DNA of 64,000 nt from Chloroflexota bacterium (GCA_025935925.1 JAICUI010000001.1:77605-141604); one strand, 5' to 3'. Positions 19,608 through 28,997 are shown, counted from the first letter of the stretch. Notes: generated from the sequence alone by a model not told the origin. Translations and numbers: made by a program.

Positions 19608-20524
19608 TGCCCGGCCTCCGGCTTCGCGGGCTGCGGCGCCTGGACCGCCTCCATGAACAGCTCCGAGAGCCGCGGCGGCTCGTAGCTGAAGCGCCGCACC
19701 TCGCCCGCCGCCTCCGCCGCGGCCAGCAGCGTGTCCAGATCCGCGGACTCGTCCACGAGCAGCTTCACCCGGTCGCCGTCGCGGTCCACCACCGTGTGGT
19801 GGTTCGTCCCGTCGAGCCACCGGCCGCCCGAGCCCGCGACCTCGACCTCCAGGTGGCGTCGCCCCGACGCGGCCTTGAGCTCGTCGATGCCGCCCGCGGC
19901 GACGACCCGGCCGCGGCTGATGATCACGACGTCCTCGCAGACGTCCTCGACGAGGTCCAGCTGGTGCGAGCTGAACACGACGCCGACGCCCTGCTCCGCG
20001 CGCTCGCGCAGGACGTCGGTCATGGTCTGGATGCCGATCGGATCCAGTCCGGAGAACGGCTCGTCGAGGACGAGGAGCTCCGGGTCGTGCACGAGCGCCG
20101 TGGCGAGCTGGACCCGCTGCTGGTTCCCGTGCGACAGGTCCTCGAGCTTCGACTTCGCGCGGTCCGCGAGGCCGAACCGCTCGAGCCACGCCATGCCCCG
20201 CGCCCGCGCGTCCCGCGCCGACAAGCCGTGATGCTGCCCGAAGTACGCGAGCTGGTCCGCGACCCGCATCCGCGGGTACAGCCCGCGCTGCTCGGGCATG
20301 TACCCGAACCGGAGCCGCGTCGCGGCGTCGATCGGCGCATCGTCCCAGCGCACCTCGCCGGAGTCGGGCGTCGCGAGCCCGAAGATGCAGCGCATCGTCG
20401 TCGTCTTGCCCGCCCCGTTGGGTCCCAGGAACCCGACGAGCCGCCCGCGGCGGGCGGTGAACGACGCACCGTCGAGGGCCGTGACGGCGCCATACCGCTT
20501 GGTCAGCCCCCGGATCTCGAGCAT
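19604..20524 (-). CDS. ABC ATP-binding protein (DUF4162 C-terminus)
   Basis: GFLGPNGAGKTT, YMPEQRGLYP, LSHGNQQR, LDEPFSGLD. Confidence 0.93.
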   Translation of the reverse strand: MLEIRGLTKRYGAVTALDGASFTARRGRLVGFLGPNGAGKTTTMRCIFGLATPDSGEVRWDDAPIDAATRLRFGYMPEQRGLYPRMRVADQLAYFGQHHGLSARDARARGMAWLERFGLADRAKSKLEDLSHGNQQRVQLATALVHDPELLVLDEPFSGLDPIGIQTMTDVLRERAEQGVGVVFSSHQLDLVEDVCEDVVIISRGRVVAAGGIDELKAASGRRHLEVEVAGSGGRWLDGTNHHTVVDRDGDRVKLLVDESADLDTLLAAAEAAGEVRRFSYEPPRLSELFMEAVQAPQPAKPEAGQ

Positions 20525-20651
20525 GCGGCCATCGTACCGGCGGCACGGCTCGCGGACCCCGGCAGCAACAGACCGGCCCCGGTCCGCCGAAGCGGGCCGG
20601 GGCCGGGGAAGGGACGCGGGACGGGTATCGGGCCCGCCGGCAGCCTCGGGG

Positions 20652-21044
20652 CTACTCGACGGTCAGCGTGCCCGTCATGTCCGGATGCACGTCACACCGG
20701 AAGAAATACGTGCCTGCCGTCAGGGCCGGCACCTGGTACACGCGCTCGCCCTGCGAGAAGATCTCGCCTTCGAACACCCGCTTCGACGTGGAGCTGTCGG
20801 TGAAGATCGACACGTTGTGCGGCGCCGTGTCCTGGTTCCTGAAGGTCATCGCGAAGGCCTTGCCGGCCGGCGCCTTGACGTCCTTGGTCTGGAACTGGAT
20901 GCCCTGGGCGACGACCACCGGCGAGTTGGCGTCGACCGCGACGGTCGGTGCCGGCGTGCCGTTCGTCTCGGCGTTGGCGGGGGCGCACGCGGCGGCCGCG
21001 AGCGCGACGGTGGCGAGCGCGAGAGTGGCGATGAGGCGCTTCAC
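20652..21044 (-). CDS. Cupredoxin (type-1 blue copper) lipoprotein
   Basis: Lipobox LAAAAC; ligands H (PHNV) and C-x2-H-x2-M (FRCDVHPDM). Confidence 0.88.
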   Translation of the reverse strand: MKRLIATLALATVALAAAACAPANAETNGTPAPTVAVDANSPVVVAQGIQFQTKDVKAPAGKAFAMTFRNQDTAPHNVSIFTDSSTSKRVFEGEIFSQGERVYQVPALTAGTYFFRCDVHPDMTGTLTVE

Positions 21045-21123
21045 GGCGGGTTGACCTCGCAGGTGGTGATGGTCGGCCGGCACCGTGGGGGAGACGGCGC
21101 CGGCCGGAGGTGGTCGGGAGGGG

Positions 21124-21555
21124 TCAGGCGGACGCTGCGCCCTGGGCGCGCCGGGCGTTCACCCAGGCGAGGCCCGCGGCGAGCTCGCGCTTGACGACGC
21201 TGACGGGGTTCCCGTCGGCCCGCAGGAAGTCGACGACCAGGAGGACGATCAGCGCGACCTCGATGCCCTTGGCGACGTAGGCCGTCGAGTAGTACGGGCC
21301 CATGATCGCCCAGGCCGTGATGGCGGTCGCCGCGTAGCCGATGAGCCCGAGGCGGACGACCCAGCGGAACCGGACGGCCAGCGAGATCGGGGCGATCATC
21401 GCGATCGCGGCGACCACGTAGCCGATCGAGTTCAGGGTGAACAGCAGGCCGCCGAGCGTGCTGTGGATGTAGGCGGTGCCGAGCGTGAGGGCGACGATGC
21501 CGAAGCGGAGCGCGATGCCGGCGACGGTGAGGTCGCGGGACTGCGTGTCGTTCAC
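21124..21555 (-). CDS. 4-TM membrane protein (hypothetical)
   Basis: GGAGG RBS before GTG; LTLGTAYIH...FTLNSIGY...KGIEVALI; upstream of and co-oriented with the cupredoxin gene. Confidence 0.78.
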   Translation of the reverse strand: MNDTQSRDLTVAGIALRFGIVALTLGTAYIHSTLGGLLFTLNSIGYVVAAIAMIAPISLAVRFRWVVRLGLIGYAATAITAWAIMGPYYSTAYVAKGIEVALIVLLVVDFLRADGNPVSVVKRELAAGLAWVNARRAQGAASA

Positions 21556-21752
21556 GTGATCCTCCGGTGGGTGCTGACGTGCGGTTGTGGTTGGCGGTCC
21601 TTCCGTCCCGGCGGGGTGCCGGTGACGCCATGAACCGTAGGTGGGGACCCCTGGCCGCCGGTGCGGACGCGGGTCGTCACGCGGCCCCGACGAACGCCGG
21701 CGTCGCGTGGCGCCTGGAGTGGGTATGCGCCCTCGCCGGGTGTCCATCCCGG

Positions 21753-21770
21753 GCGCGACGCATGACGTAC
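21753..21770 (-). promoter_or_regulatory. Putative NarL-family operator, copy A
   Basis: Minus strand GTACGTC-ATGC-GTCGCGC; over 26 bp it matches copy B at 23/26. Confidence 0.6.
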
Positions 21771-21807
21771 GCCGCAGCGTGGAGCCGCGGGTAGACTCGA
21801 CCGTCCG

Positions 21808-24800
21808 ATGACCGTCTCGCCGCCGCCCTCGACCGGGCAGCCACCCGAGCGCCCCTCCGCGTCCGGGCCGGACGCCTCGACCGGCGCTCCGCTCGTCCCG
21901 GGCCGGCCCGCCGTCGAGGTCCGCGAGGCGCCCAACGTCGACGACCTGCGCCGGTACGCCGTCGAGGAGGCGGCGCGGCTGCTGTCGGCCGACGGCGCGA
22001 TCCTCTATCTGCTCGACCCGGCGACGGGCCGGCTCCGCTTCACGCACGACGCGGGGATCAACGCGATCGGGCCCGACCACTGGATCCGGAGCGAGGAGTT
22101 GCCGATGGGCGTCGGCCTGTTCGGCCGTGCCGTGGCGGACCGGCGGGTCGTGGTGACCGGTGACTACGCCGCGGACCCCTCGTTCGTGCACGGCGAGAAC
22201 ACCGATCGCTTCGTCGAGGAAGTCGGGATCCGGTCGCTCGTCGTGGCGCCGATGGTCGTCGGCGACACGGTGTTCGGGGCGCTCGGGACGTTCTCCACGG
22301 AGCGCGACGCGGTCGCGGCACCGCAGGTCGGCCTCGTGCGGGCGCTCGCCGACCACGCGGCCCTTGCGATGGCCAACGCGCGGCTCATCGACGAGCTCGC
22401 GCGGTCCCAGGAGGCGCTCGCCCGGCAGGCCGACGTCGAACGCTCGCTGCGCGAGCTGGGCACCCGCATCTCGGGCGCCCGGGAGCCCGCCGTCGTCGTC
22501 CAGAGCACGATCGACGAGGCGCTCCGGCTGCTCGAGGGCGACGGCGCCCGGATCGACATCGTCGACCCCGAGGTGCGGCTGCTGCGCGGCCTCTACTCGG
22601 CGGGCGAGGAGTACATCACCCCGGCCGAATGGCCGGACGACCCGGACGACACGCTCGACACCGGGGCTTCCGGCCGCGCCGTGACGACGGGCGAGACGGT
22701 GATCCTCGGCGACTACCTCACGGACCCGACGATCGTCCACGGCCACGGCCCGGACACCTACGCGCGGAGCAAGGGGATCGCCGGCGTCATCGCGACGCCG
22801 CTCATCGGCGACCAGGGGCCGTTCGGTGCGATCACCGTGTGGTCGACCCGCCGCGACGCGTTCGGCCCGACCCACGCCCGCCTGCTCGAGACCATCGCCG
22901 GGCAGGCGTCGGTCGCCCTCGGTCGCGCCCGCCTCATCGAGGAGCTGAACCGCTCGCGCGAAGCGCTTGCCCGCCGCGCGGAGGAGGAGCGCGCGCTGCG
23001 CGAGATCGGGAGCCGGCTGGGCGTCCTCGCCGAGCAGCCCGGCGACGTCCTGCTGCGCATCGTGCACGAGGGCGCCCGGCTGCTCGGCGCGCAGCGCGCA
23101 CGGCTCGACCTCCTGGAGCCGCTGTCGGGCGCGATGCTCTGGGCCTACCCGAAGGACTTCCCGTTCACCGATCGAGTCGAGATGGAACCCGCGCCGGACG
23201 GCGGGCCGGTCGGCATCGCGGCCTTCGCGATCCGGGAGGGCCGGCCGGTCGCGTCGGACGACTACCTCGCCGACACGCGCTTCAGCCACTACGACGAGGG
23301 CGACCAGGCGGTCCGCGACCACGAGCTGCGATCGGTGCTCGCCGCGCCGGTGATCGGCGAGGACGGGTTGCTCGGCATCCTCCAGGCCGGACACCGCGAC
23401 GCCGGCGCGTTCGGCGACGAGGAGCTGCGGCTCATCGGCTCCCTCGCGGGGCTCGCGTCGATCGCCGTGACCAACGCCCGCCTCGCGGACCGGCTCGCGG
23501 CCTCACAGGGCGCCCTTGAGCGCACGGCCGACAGCGAGCGGGCGCTGCGCGAGATCGCGCGCCGCATGATGACGACCCAGGAGCCCGCGCGTCTCCTGCA
23601 GGACGTGACCGAGGAGGCGGCGCGGCTGCTCGGCAGCTCGGGCGCGGCGATCCAGCTCCTCGACCCGGCGTCCGGCGACGTCCGCTGGGCGCACAGCGCG
23701 GGCATCGACGCCGCCCTCCGCCGCCAGCTGAACGAGCACGACGCCGTCACCGATGGCGCGCGGGCGGCGATCCGCGGCCGGAGGGTCGTCCTGACGCCCG
23801 ACTACGCCGCCGACGACCGCTTCCCCGACGGCGCCCGCCATCGCGAGTTCCTGGAGCGGGCCGGGATCCGGTCCGTCGCCTTCGCGCCGATGGTGGGCGA
23901 GGCGACCGTGCTCGGGACGCTCGCGGTGTTCGCGCGGGAGCCGGGACAGTTCGGCCAGGCGGAGGGCGACCTGCTCGCGGCGCTCGCGGACCTCGCCGCC
24001 ATCGCGATCCACAACTCGGAGCTGATCCGCGAGCTCGGGCGGTCCCGCGAGGAGACCGCGCGCCGCGCCGAGACCGAGCGCTCGCTGCGCGAGATCGCCG
24101 CGCGGGTCACCTCGATCCGCGACACCGAGACGATCCTCGGGCTGATCGTGGACGAGGCGCGCCGCGTCCTCGGGTCGGACGGCGCGCACCTGACGCGGAT
24201 GGACGAGTCGCGGACGTTCCTGATGCCGGTCGTCGTCATCGGCGGCGCCGACGAGGAGACCGACGACTGGCTGCGCGGGATGCAGTTCCCGATCGACGGC
24301 GGGATCAACGGCCTCGCGGCCGGGCAGGGCCGCGTCGTGTGGACGCCGAACTACGCGCTGGACCCGCGCATCCCGCGCGAGGACGACGACCTCGCCGTCG
24401 CCCGCCGGCTCGAGCTCGGTGCGATGGCCGCCGCCCCGCTGCGTGCCCCCGGCGGCGAGGTGATCGGCACGCTCGCCGTGAGCTACCGGGAGACCGGCCC
24501 GATCTCAGGCGACCGCCTCGCGACGCTGCAGGCCCTCGCCGACCACGCCGCCATCGCCCTCTCGAACTCGGACCTGCTGGCCCGCGTCGAGGCGTCCGAG
24601 GAGCGCTACCGCGGCCTCGTCCAGTCGTCGCCGGACCTCATCTTCGAGATGAACGCCGACGGCGTGTACACGTTCTACTCGGACCGCACCGAGGAGGTCA
24701 TCGGGTGGCGCCCCGACGAGCTCGTCGGGCACGCCTTCGGCGAGTTCATCGATATGTCGGCGTTCCCGCAGGCCGGCACGCGGCTCGCCGAGATCGCCGC

Positions 24801-27132
24801 CAACCCGGGCAAGCCCTCGACCGACCGCCTGCTGATCCGCCACAAGGCCGGCTACACGATGCCGTTCGAGGTGAGCGTCGTCGGACAGGTGGATGACGAC
24901 GGCCGGCTCGAGGCGATCCGCGGGGTCGCGAGAGACATCGGCGAGCGGGAGCGGCTGGAGCGCGAGCTGCGCGCGTCCGAGGCCCGCTACCGGTTCCTCG
25001 TCGAGAACGCGCCGGACGTCGTGTTCAGCATCGATGCCGAGACGCGGTTCACGTTCATCTCGGACACGATCGAGCGGATGACCGGGTTCCGCCCCGACGA
25101 GCTCGTCGGCGAGTCGTTCACCAGGATCATCAGCGAGGACACGCTGTCGATCGCGTTCGAGCGCTGGGACGCGCTGCAGGGCGACCCCGGCCAGTCGCAG
25201 GTCCTCCGCCTCCAGCTGCTGCGCAAGGACGGCAACGGGACGGTGCCGGTCGAGGTCAACTCGATCGCGTCGACCGATGCCGAGGGCAACTTCGCGGGCG
25301 CGCACGGCTCGACCCGCGACATCAGCGAGCGCGAGCGCCTCGAGGACGAGCTGCGCGCGAGCGAGGAGCGCTACCGCTCGGTGATCCAGTCGTCGCCGGA
25401 CCTGATCTGGGCGACGAACCGCGTCGGCCGCTACGTGTTCGTGAGCGACCGCGTCCGCGACCTGCTCGGCTGGGAGCCCGAGGACGTGCTCGGCCAGCCG
25501 TTCCGCGACTTCGTGAGCGACGCGTCGGTCACGGCGGCGAACGAGGAATGGGCGAGGCTCGCCCAGGAGCCGGGGGTCACGAAGACCCAGCGCCTCGACC
25601 TCCGCCACCGGGACGGGTCGCTGCGCCCGTTCGAGGTCTCGTCCGTCGCCGTGGTCCGCGACGGCGAGGTCGAGAACGTCTACGGCATCGCCCGCGACGT
25701 CGCCGAGCGCGAGCGCCTGGAGCAGGAGCTGCGGGCGAGCGAGGAGCGCTACCGGTTCCTCGTCGAGAACTCGCCGGACGTCATCTACGCCACCGACGCC
25801 GAGGGGATGGTCACGTACTTCTCGGAGTCCGTCGAACGGACGCTCGGCTGGCAGCCGAGCGAGGTGATCGGCCGCCACTTCCGGGACATCGTGCGGACGC
25901 CGGACGGCATCCCGGCCGGCCACCGCTTCCGGGAGCTCGCCGAGGGCCGCCCCGCGCTCATCACGCGGATGGAGCTGCTCGCGAAGAACGGCGAGTTCGT
26001 GCCGTTCGAGGTCACGGCGGCCGGGATGCGCGTCGACGGCGAGTTCTCGGGCGTGCACGGGTCGGCTCGCGACGTGCGCGAGCGAGAGCGCCTCGAGGCC
26101 GAGCTGCGCGAGTCCGAGGAGCGCTATCGGTACCTCGTCCAGGCGTCGCCCGACCTCGTGTGGATGACCGACGCGGACGGCAGGTTCACGTTCGTCTCGG
26201 ACCAGGCGGATCAGCTGCTCGGCTGGCCGGCGGAGGAGCTGATCGGCCAGTCGTTCGCGGAGCTCGCGCCGGCCAACGCGACCCGCGGGGCGCTGGCGCG
26301 CTTCAGGTGGCTGCAGCGCCGGCCGACCGAGGTCCACCGCTCCCGGATGCGGGTCCGTGCGCACGACGGCCGCGAGCTCGAGATGGAGATCACCGGGATC
26401 GGCATGCTCGGCGCCGACGGCTCGTTCATCGGCGCCCACGGCGCCGCGCGCGACGTCAGCGAGCGCGAACGGCTCGAGCGGGGACTGCGGCGTCAGGCCG
26501 CGGAGCTCGCGTCGTCCGAGGAGCGTGCGCACCTCGCCCGCGAGCTCCACGACTCCGTGACCCAGGCGCTGTTCTCGATGACGCTCATCTCGCGCTCGAT
26601 CGAGCTGCTGCTGGACCGCGACCCCGCCGCCGTCCCGGCCAAGCTCGCGTCGCTGCGCGAGCTCCAGCGGGAGGCGCTGGGCGAGATGCGCGCGCTGATC
26701 TTCGAGCTGCGGCCGGGCAACGTCGAGGAGCACGGCCTGATCCAGGCGCTCCGCACGCACTCGGCGTCCCTGTCGGGCCGCATCGGGCTCCCCGTCGTGG
26801 TCGAGGGCGAGCTTCCCGAGCGCCCGTCGATCGCGACCGAGGAGACGCTCTACCGCATCGCCCAGGAGGCCCTCCACAACGTCGTCAAGCACGCGGGTGC
26901 CCGCGAGGTGCGGCTCGACGTGGATCGCGTCGCCGAGGGCGTCAGGGTGCGCGTCGCGGACGACGGCCGGGGCTTCGATCCCGCCTCGGTGCCGGACGGG
27001 CACCTGGGTCTCGCCGGGATGCGCGCACGCGCCGAACGGCTCGGCGGGACCCTCGTGGTCGACGCCGCACCGGGGCGGGGAACGACGATCGTGGTCGTGG
27101 TCCCGAGCTCGCCCGCCGACGCGTCCGGGTAG
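21808..27132 (+). CDS. Soluble sensor histidine kinase: 5xGAF + 5xPAS + HisKA_3 + HATPase_c
   Basis: Five GAF units ending LAxxAxxAxxN/R; five PAS units (SEERYRxLVxxSPD...RDxxER); EERAHLARELHDSVTQ H-box; QEALHNVVKH, DDGRGF, GLAGMRARA; no TM segment. Confidence 0.93.
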   Translation: MTVSPPPSTGQPPERPSASGPDASTGAPLVPGRPAVEVREAPNVDDLRRYAVEEAARLLSADGAILYLLDPATGRLRFTHDAGINAIGPDHWIRSEELPMGVGLFGRAVADRRVVVTGDYAADPSFVHGENTDRFVEEVGIRSLVVAPMVVGDTVFGALGTFSTERDAVAAPQVGLVRALADHAALAMANARLIDELARSQEALARQADVERSLRELGTRISGAREPAVVVQSTIDEALRLLEGDGARIDIVDPEVRLLRGLYSAGEEYITPAEWPDDPDDTLDTGASGRAVTTGETVILGDYLTDPTIVHGHGPDTYARSKGIAGVIATPLIGDQGPFGAITVWSTRRDAFGPTHARLLETIAGQASVALGRARLIEELNRSREALARRAEEERALREIGSRLGVLAEQPGDVLLRIVHEGARLLGAQRARLDLLEPLSGAMLWAYPKDFPFTDRVEMEPAPDGGPVGIAAFAIREGRPVASDDYLADTRFSHYDEGDQAVRDHELRSVLAAPVIGEDGLLGILQAGHRDAGAFGDEELRLIGSLAGLASIAVTNARLADRLAASQGALERTADSERALREIARRMMTTQEPARLLQDVTEEAARLLGSSGAAIQLLDPASGDVRWAHSAGIDAALRRQLNEHDAVTDGARAAIRGRRVVLTPDYAADDRFPDGARHREFLERAGIRSVAFAPMVGEATVLGTLAVFAREPGQFGQAEGDLLAALADLAAIAIHNSELIRELGRSREETARRAETERSLREIAARVTSIRDTETILGLIVDEARRVLGSDGAHLTRMDESRTFLMPVVVIGGADEETDDWLRGMQFPIDGGINGLAAGQGRVVWTPNYALDPRIPREDDDLAVARRLELGAMAAAPLRAPGGEVIGTLAVSYRETGPISGDRLATLQALADHAAIALSNSDLLARVEASEERYRGLVQSSPDLIFEMNADGVYTFYSDRTEEVIGWRPDELVGHAFGEFIDMSAFPQAGTRLAEIAANPGKPSTDRLLIRHKAGYTMPFEVSVVGQVDDDGRLEAIRGVARDIGERERLERELRASEARYRFLVENAPDVVFSIDAETRFTFISDTIERMTGFRPDELVGESFTRIISEDTLSIAFERWDALQGDPGQSQVLRLQLLRKDGNGTVPVEVNSIASTDAEGNFAGAHGSTRDISERERLEDELRASEERYRSVIQSSPDLIWATNRVGRYVFVSDRVRDLLGWEPEDVLGQPFRDFVSDASVTAANEEWARLAQEPGVTKTQRLDLRHRDGSLRPFEVSSVAVVRDGEVENVYGIARDVAERERLEQELRASEERYRFLVENSPDVIYATDAEGMVTYFSESVERTLGWQPSEVIGRHFRDIVRTPDGIPAGHRFRELAEGRPALITRMELLAKNGEFVPFEVTAAGMRVDGEFSGVHGSARDVRERERLEAELRESEERYRYLVQASPDLVWMTDADGRFTFVSDQADQLLGWPAEELIGQSFAELAPANATRGALARFRWLQRRPTEVHRSRMRVRAHDGRELEMEITGIGMLGADGSFIGAHGAARDVSERERLERGLRRQAAELASSEERAHLARELHDSVTQALFSMTLISRSIELLLDRDPAAVPAKLASLRELQREALGEMRALIFELRPGNVEEHGLIQALRTHSASLSGRIGLPVVVEGELPERPSIATEETLYRIAQEALHNVVKHAGAREVRLDVDRVAEGVRVRVADDGRGFDPASVPDGHLGLAGMRARAERLGGTLVVDAAPGRGTTIVVVVPSSPADASG

Positions 27133-27195
27133 CGCCCGCGGGACGCCCGCCGTCGGCGCCGACAGGCACCTCGCGCGCCCAGGTCCCCGTTCCGG

Positions 27196-27213
27196 GTACG
27201 TCATCTGTCGCGC
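27196..27213 (+). promoter_or_regulatory. Putative NarL-family operator, copy B
   Basis: GTACGTC-ATCT-GTCGCGC followed by ACGGGATG. Confidence 0.6.
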
Positions 27214-27272
27214 ACGGGATGCGGCGATCATCGCTGTTCGACCACGCTGAACACTCGGCACCATCGGGTCCC

Positions 27273-27758
27273 ATGTCCGATGCATCGACCGGCGCCGCCG
27301 CCGAGGCCGCCACTCCCCATCCCGAGCCGGCCGCCGGCACGCTGCGGCTCCTCGTGGTCGATGCCGACGACCGGACGCGCGAGAGCATCGTCGGCCTGTT
27401 GCGGACCCGCCACCGGTTCGACGTCGTGGCGAGCGCGGGCCACGCGGGCGCGGCCATCGCGCTGATCCGGGAGCACCGGCCGGATGTCGTCATCGTCGAT
27501 CCGCGGCTGCCGGAGCTGCCCGACGGCATCGCGCTCATCCGACGCCTGCGGACGATCGCGCCGGCGGCGCGGATCCTCACGCTCGGCTGGTCGCCCGAGC
27601 TCGATGCGGACGCCCGCGCGGCGGGGGCAGACGGTTTCCTGCGCAAGACCTTCAAGCCGGCCGAGCTCACCGCCGCCGTCGAGCGCTGTCTCGACGCGTC
27701 GGCAGGGTCCGACGACGCCCCGGCCGCCCGGCCGTCCGGGGCGGGCCTGATCCTCTAG
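27273..27758 (+). CDS. Single-domain response regulator (receiver only, atypical)
   Basis: LLVVDAD, PDVVIVDPRLP, AGADGFLRK; no output domain. Confidence 0.8.
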   Translation: MSDASTGAAAEAATPHPEPAAGTLRLLVVDADDRTRESIVGLLRTRHRFDVVASAGHAGAAIALIREHRPDVVIVDPRLPELPDGIALIRRLRTIAPAARILTLGWSPELDADARAAGADGFLRKTFKPAELTAAVERCLDASAGSDDAPAARPSGAGLIL

Positions 27759-27832
27759 GGAGTAGACTGCGAATGCGATCTGCCCTCGCGGCCGGACCCC
27801 ACACGGCCGCCCAGCATCCCGGAGACCCCACG

Positions 27833-28495
27833 GTGGACGACACCGCGCCGCGCATCCGCGTGCTCCTCGTCGACGACCACGCCGTCGTCCGCATGGGGCT
27901 GCGCGCCTTCTTCGACCTCCTGGACGACATCGAGGTCGTGGGCGAGGCGTCCGACGGGTCCGAGGGCGTGGCGATGGCCCGCCGGCTGACCCCCGACGTC
28001 GTGCTGATGGACCTCCTGATGCCGAACATGGACGGCGTGACCGCGATCGGCCGGATCAAGGCCGAGCTCCCCGAGACGGAGATCGTCACGATGACGAGCT
28101 TCATCGAGGAGGAGAAGGTCACGGCCGCGCTCGAGGCCGGTGCCTCGGGCTACGTGCTGAAGGACGCCGAGGCCGAGGAGGTCGCCCAGGCCATCCGCGC
28201 CGCGTACGCCGGCGAGGTCCACCTCGACCCCCAGGTCGCGCGGATGCTCGCGCAGCGGATGCGCCAGCGCAAGGAGCCGGAGCCCGTCGAGCCGCTGACG
28301 GACCGCGAGAAGGACGTGATGCGCCTCCTCGGCCAGGGGATGTCCAACAAGGAGATCGGCGCCGAGCTGTTCATCACCGAGCGGACCGCGCGCACCTACG
28401 TCTCCAACATCCTCGGCAAGCTCGGCCTCGCGTCGCGGACGCAGGCGGCGCTGTGGGCCGTGGAGCACAAGCTGGCCGAGCCGGCCAAGAACTAG
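27833..28495 (+). CDS. NarL/LuxR family response regulator
   Basis: IRVLLVDDH, DVVLMDLLMP, GYVLKD, LTDREKDV...GMSNKEI...LGLASRTQAAL; GGAG RBS before GTG (alternative start 27773). Confidence 0.95.
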   Translation: MDDTAPRIRVLLVDDHAVVRMGLRAFFDLLDDIEVVGEASDGSEGVAMARRLTPDVVLMDLLMPNMDGVTAIGRIKAELPETEIVTMTSFIEEEKVTAALEAGASGYVLKDAEAEEVAQAIRAAYAGEVHLDPQVARMLAQRMRQRKEPEPVEPLTDREKDVMRLLGQGMSNKEIGAELFITERTARTYVSNILGKLGLASRTQAALWAVEHKLAEPAKN

Positions 28496-28505
28496 CTCCG
28501 CTCCC

Positions 28506-28523
28506 GTACGCCGGACGACGTAC
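28506..28523. promoter_or_regulatory. Putative NarL-family operator, copy C
   Basis: GTACGCC-GGAC-GACGTAC, near-perfect 7-4-7 palindrome upstream of the 54-aa ORF. Confidence 0.55.
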
Positions 28524-28646
28524 CCGATTCGTCGACCGTCGTCCATCCCGCCCGACCACCACCGACGGTCGTGCGCGCGCCGAGCGGGGCGCATCGTCTC
28601 CTCACCGGACCCGACCACCGGGCCACGGAGAAAGGAGACCACCGAG

Positions 28647-28811
28647 ATGTTCGGCACCCTCAACCTGGACCTGGCCAAGCGCCACCAGCACGACCTCCGC
28701 GTCGAAGCGGATCAGCGTCGCCTGGCCGCGAAGGTCAACCTCGCCAGCGAGCCCAAGGCTTCCGGCCCGACGCGCCGCGTCTTCGGCCTCCGGCTCTCGC
28801 CCGCGCAGTAA
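28647..28811 (+). CDS. 54-aa small protein (absent from ORF track)
   Basis: AAAGGAG RBS; MFGTLNLDLAKRHQHDLRVEADQRRLAAKVNLASEPKASGPTRRVFGLRLSPAQ*; GC3-rich codons; followed by a terminator. Confidence 0.75.
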   Translation: MFGTLNLDLAKRHQHDLRVEADQRRLAAKVNLASEPKASGPTRRVFGLRLSPAQ

Positions 28812-28818
28812 GCCCACG

Positions 28819-28856
28819 CGAACCGGCGGTGATCAGGCCGCCGGTTCGTTGATTCT
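28819..28856 (+). terminator. Intrinsic terminator
   Basis: CGAACCGGCGG-N8-CCGCCGGTTCG (11-bp perfect stem) then TTGATTCT. Confidence 0.7.
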
Positions 28857-28899
28857 CGCCGCGTTCTCGGCGCACGGCCGCCGGAAGACGGTTCCTGAT

Positions 28900-28988
28900 G
28901 CGATGCCACTCTCGTCATCAGCTGCCAGGAGTCGGCCCGGCAAGGGTCCGTGCGGTGATGCGGCGAGTGTCATCGCTGCCGGGAAGCC
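28900..28988. repeat. REP-like imperfect palindrome, copy 2 of the 4586 motif
   Basis: Arms GCGATGCCACTCTCGTCATCA (28900) and TGATGCGGCGAGTGTCATCGC (ends 28976) are inverted; the right arm matches 4586-4605. Confidence 0.55.
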
Positions 28989-28997
28989 TTCCCGCGG

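Noticed and set aside
24580..26500. ~375-bp periodic DNA repeats
   Set aside because: Explained by tandem PAS domains and their linkers within the kinase.
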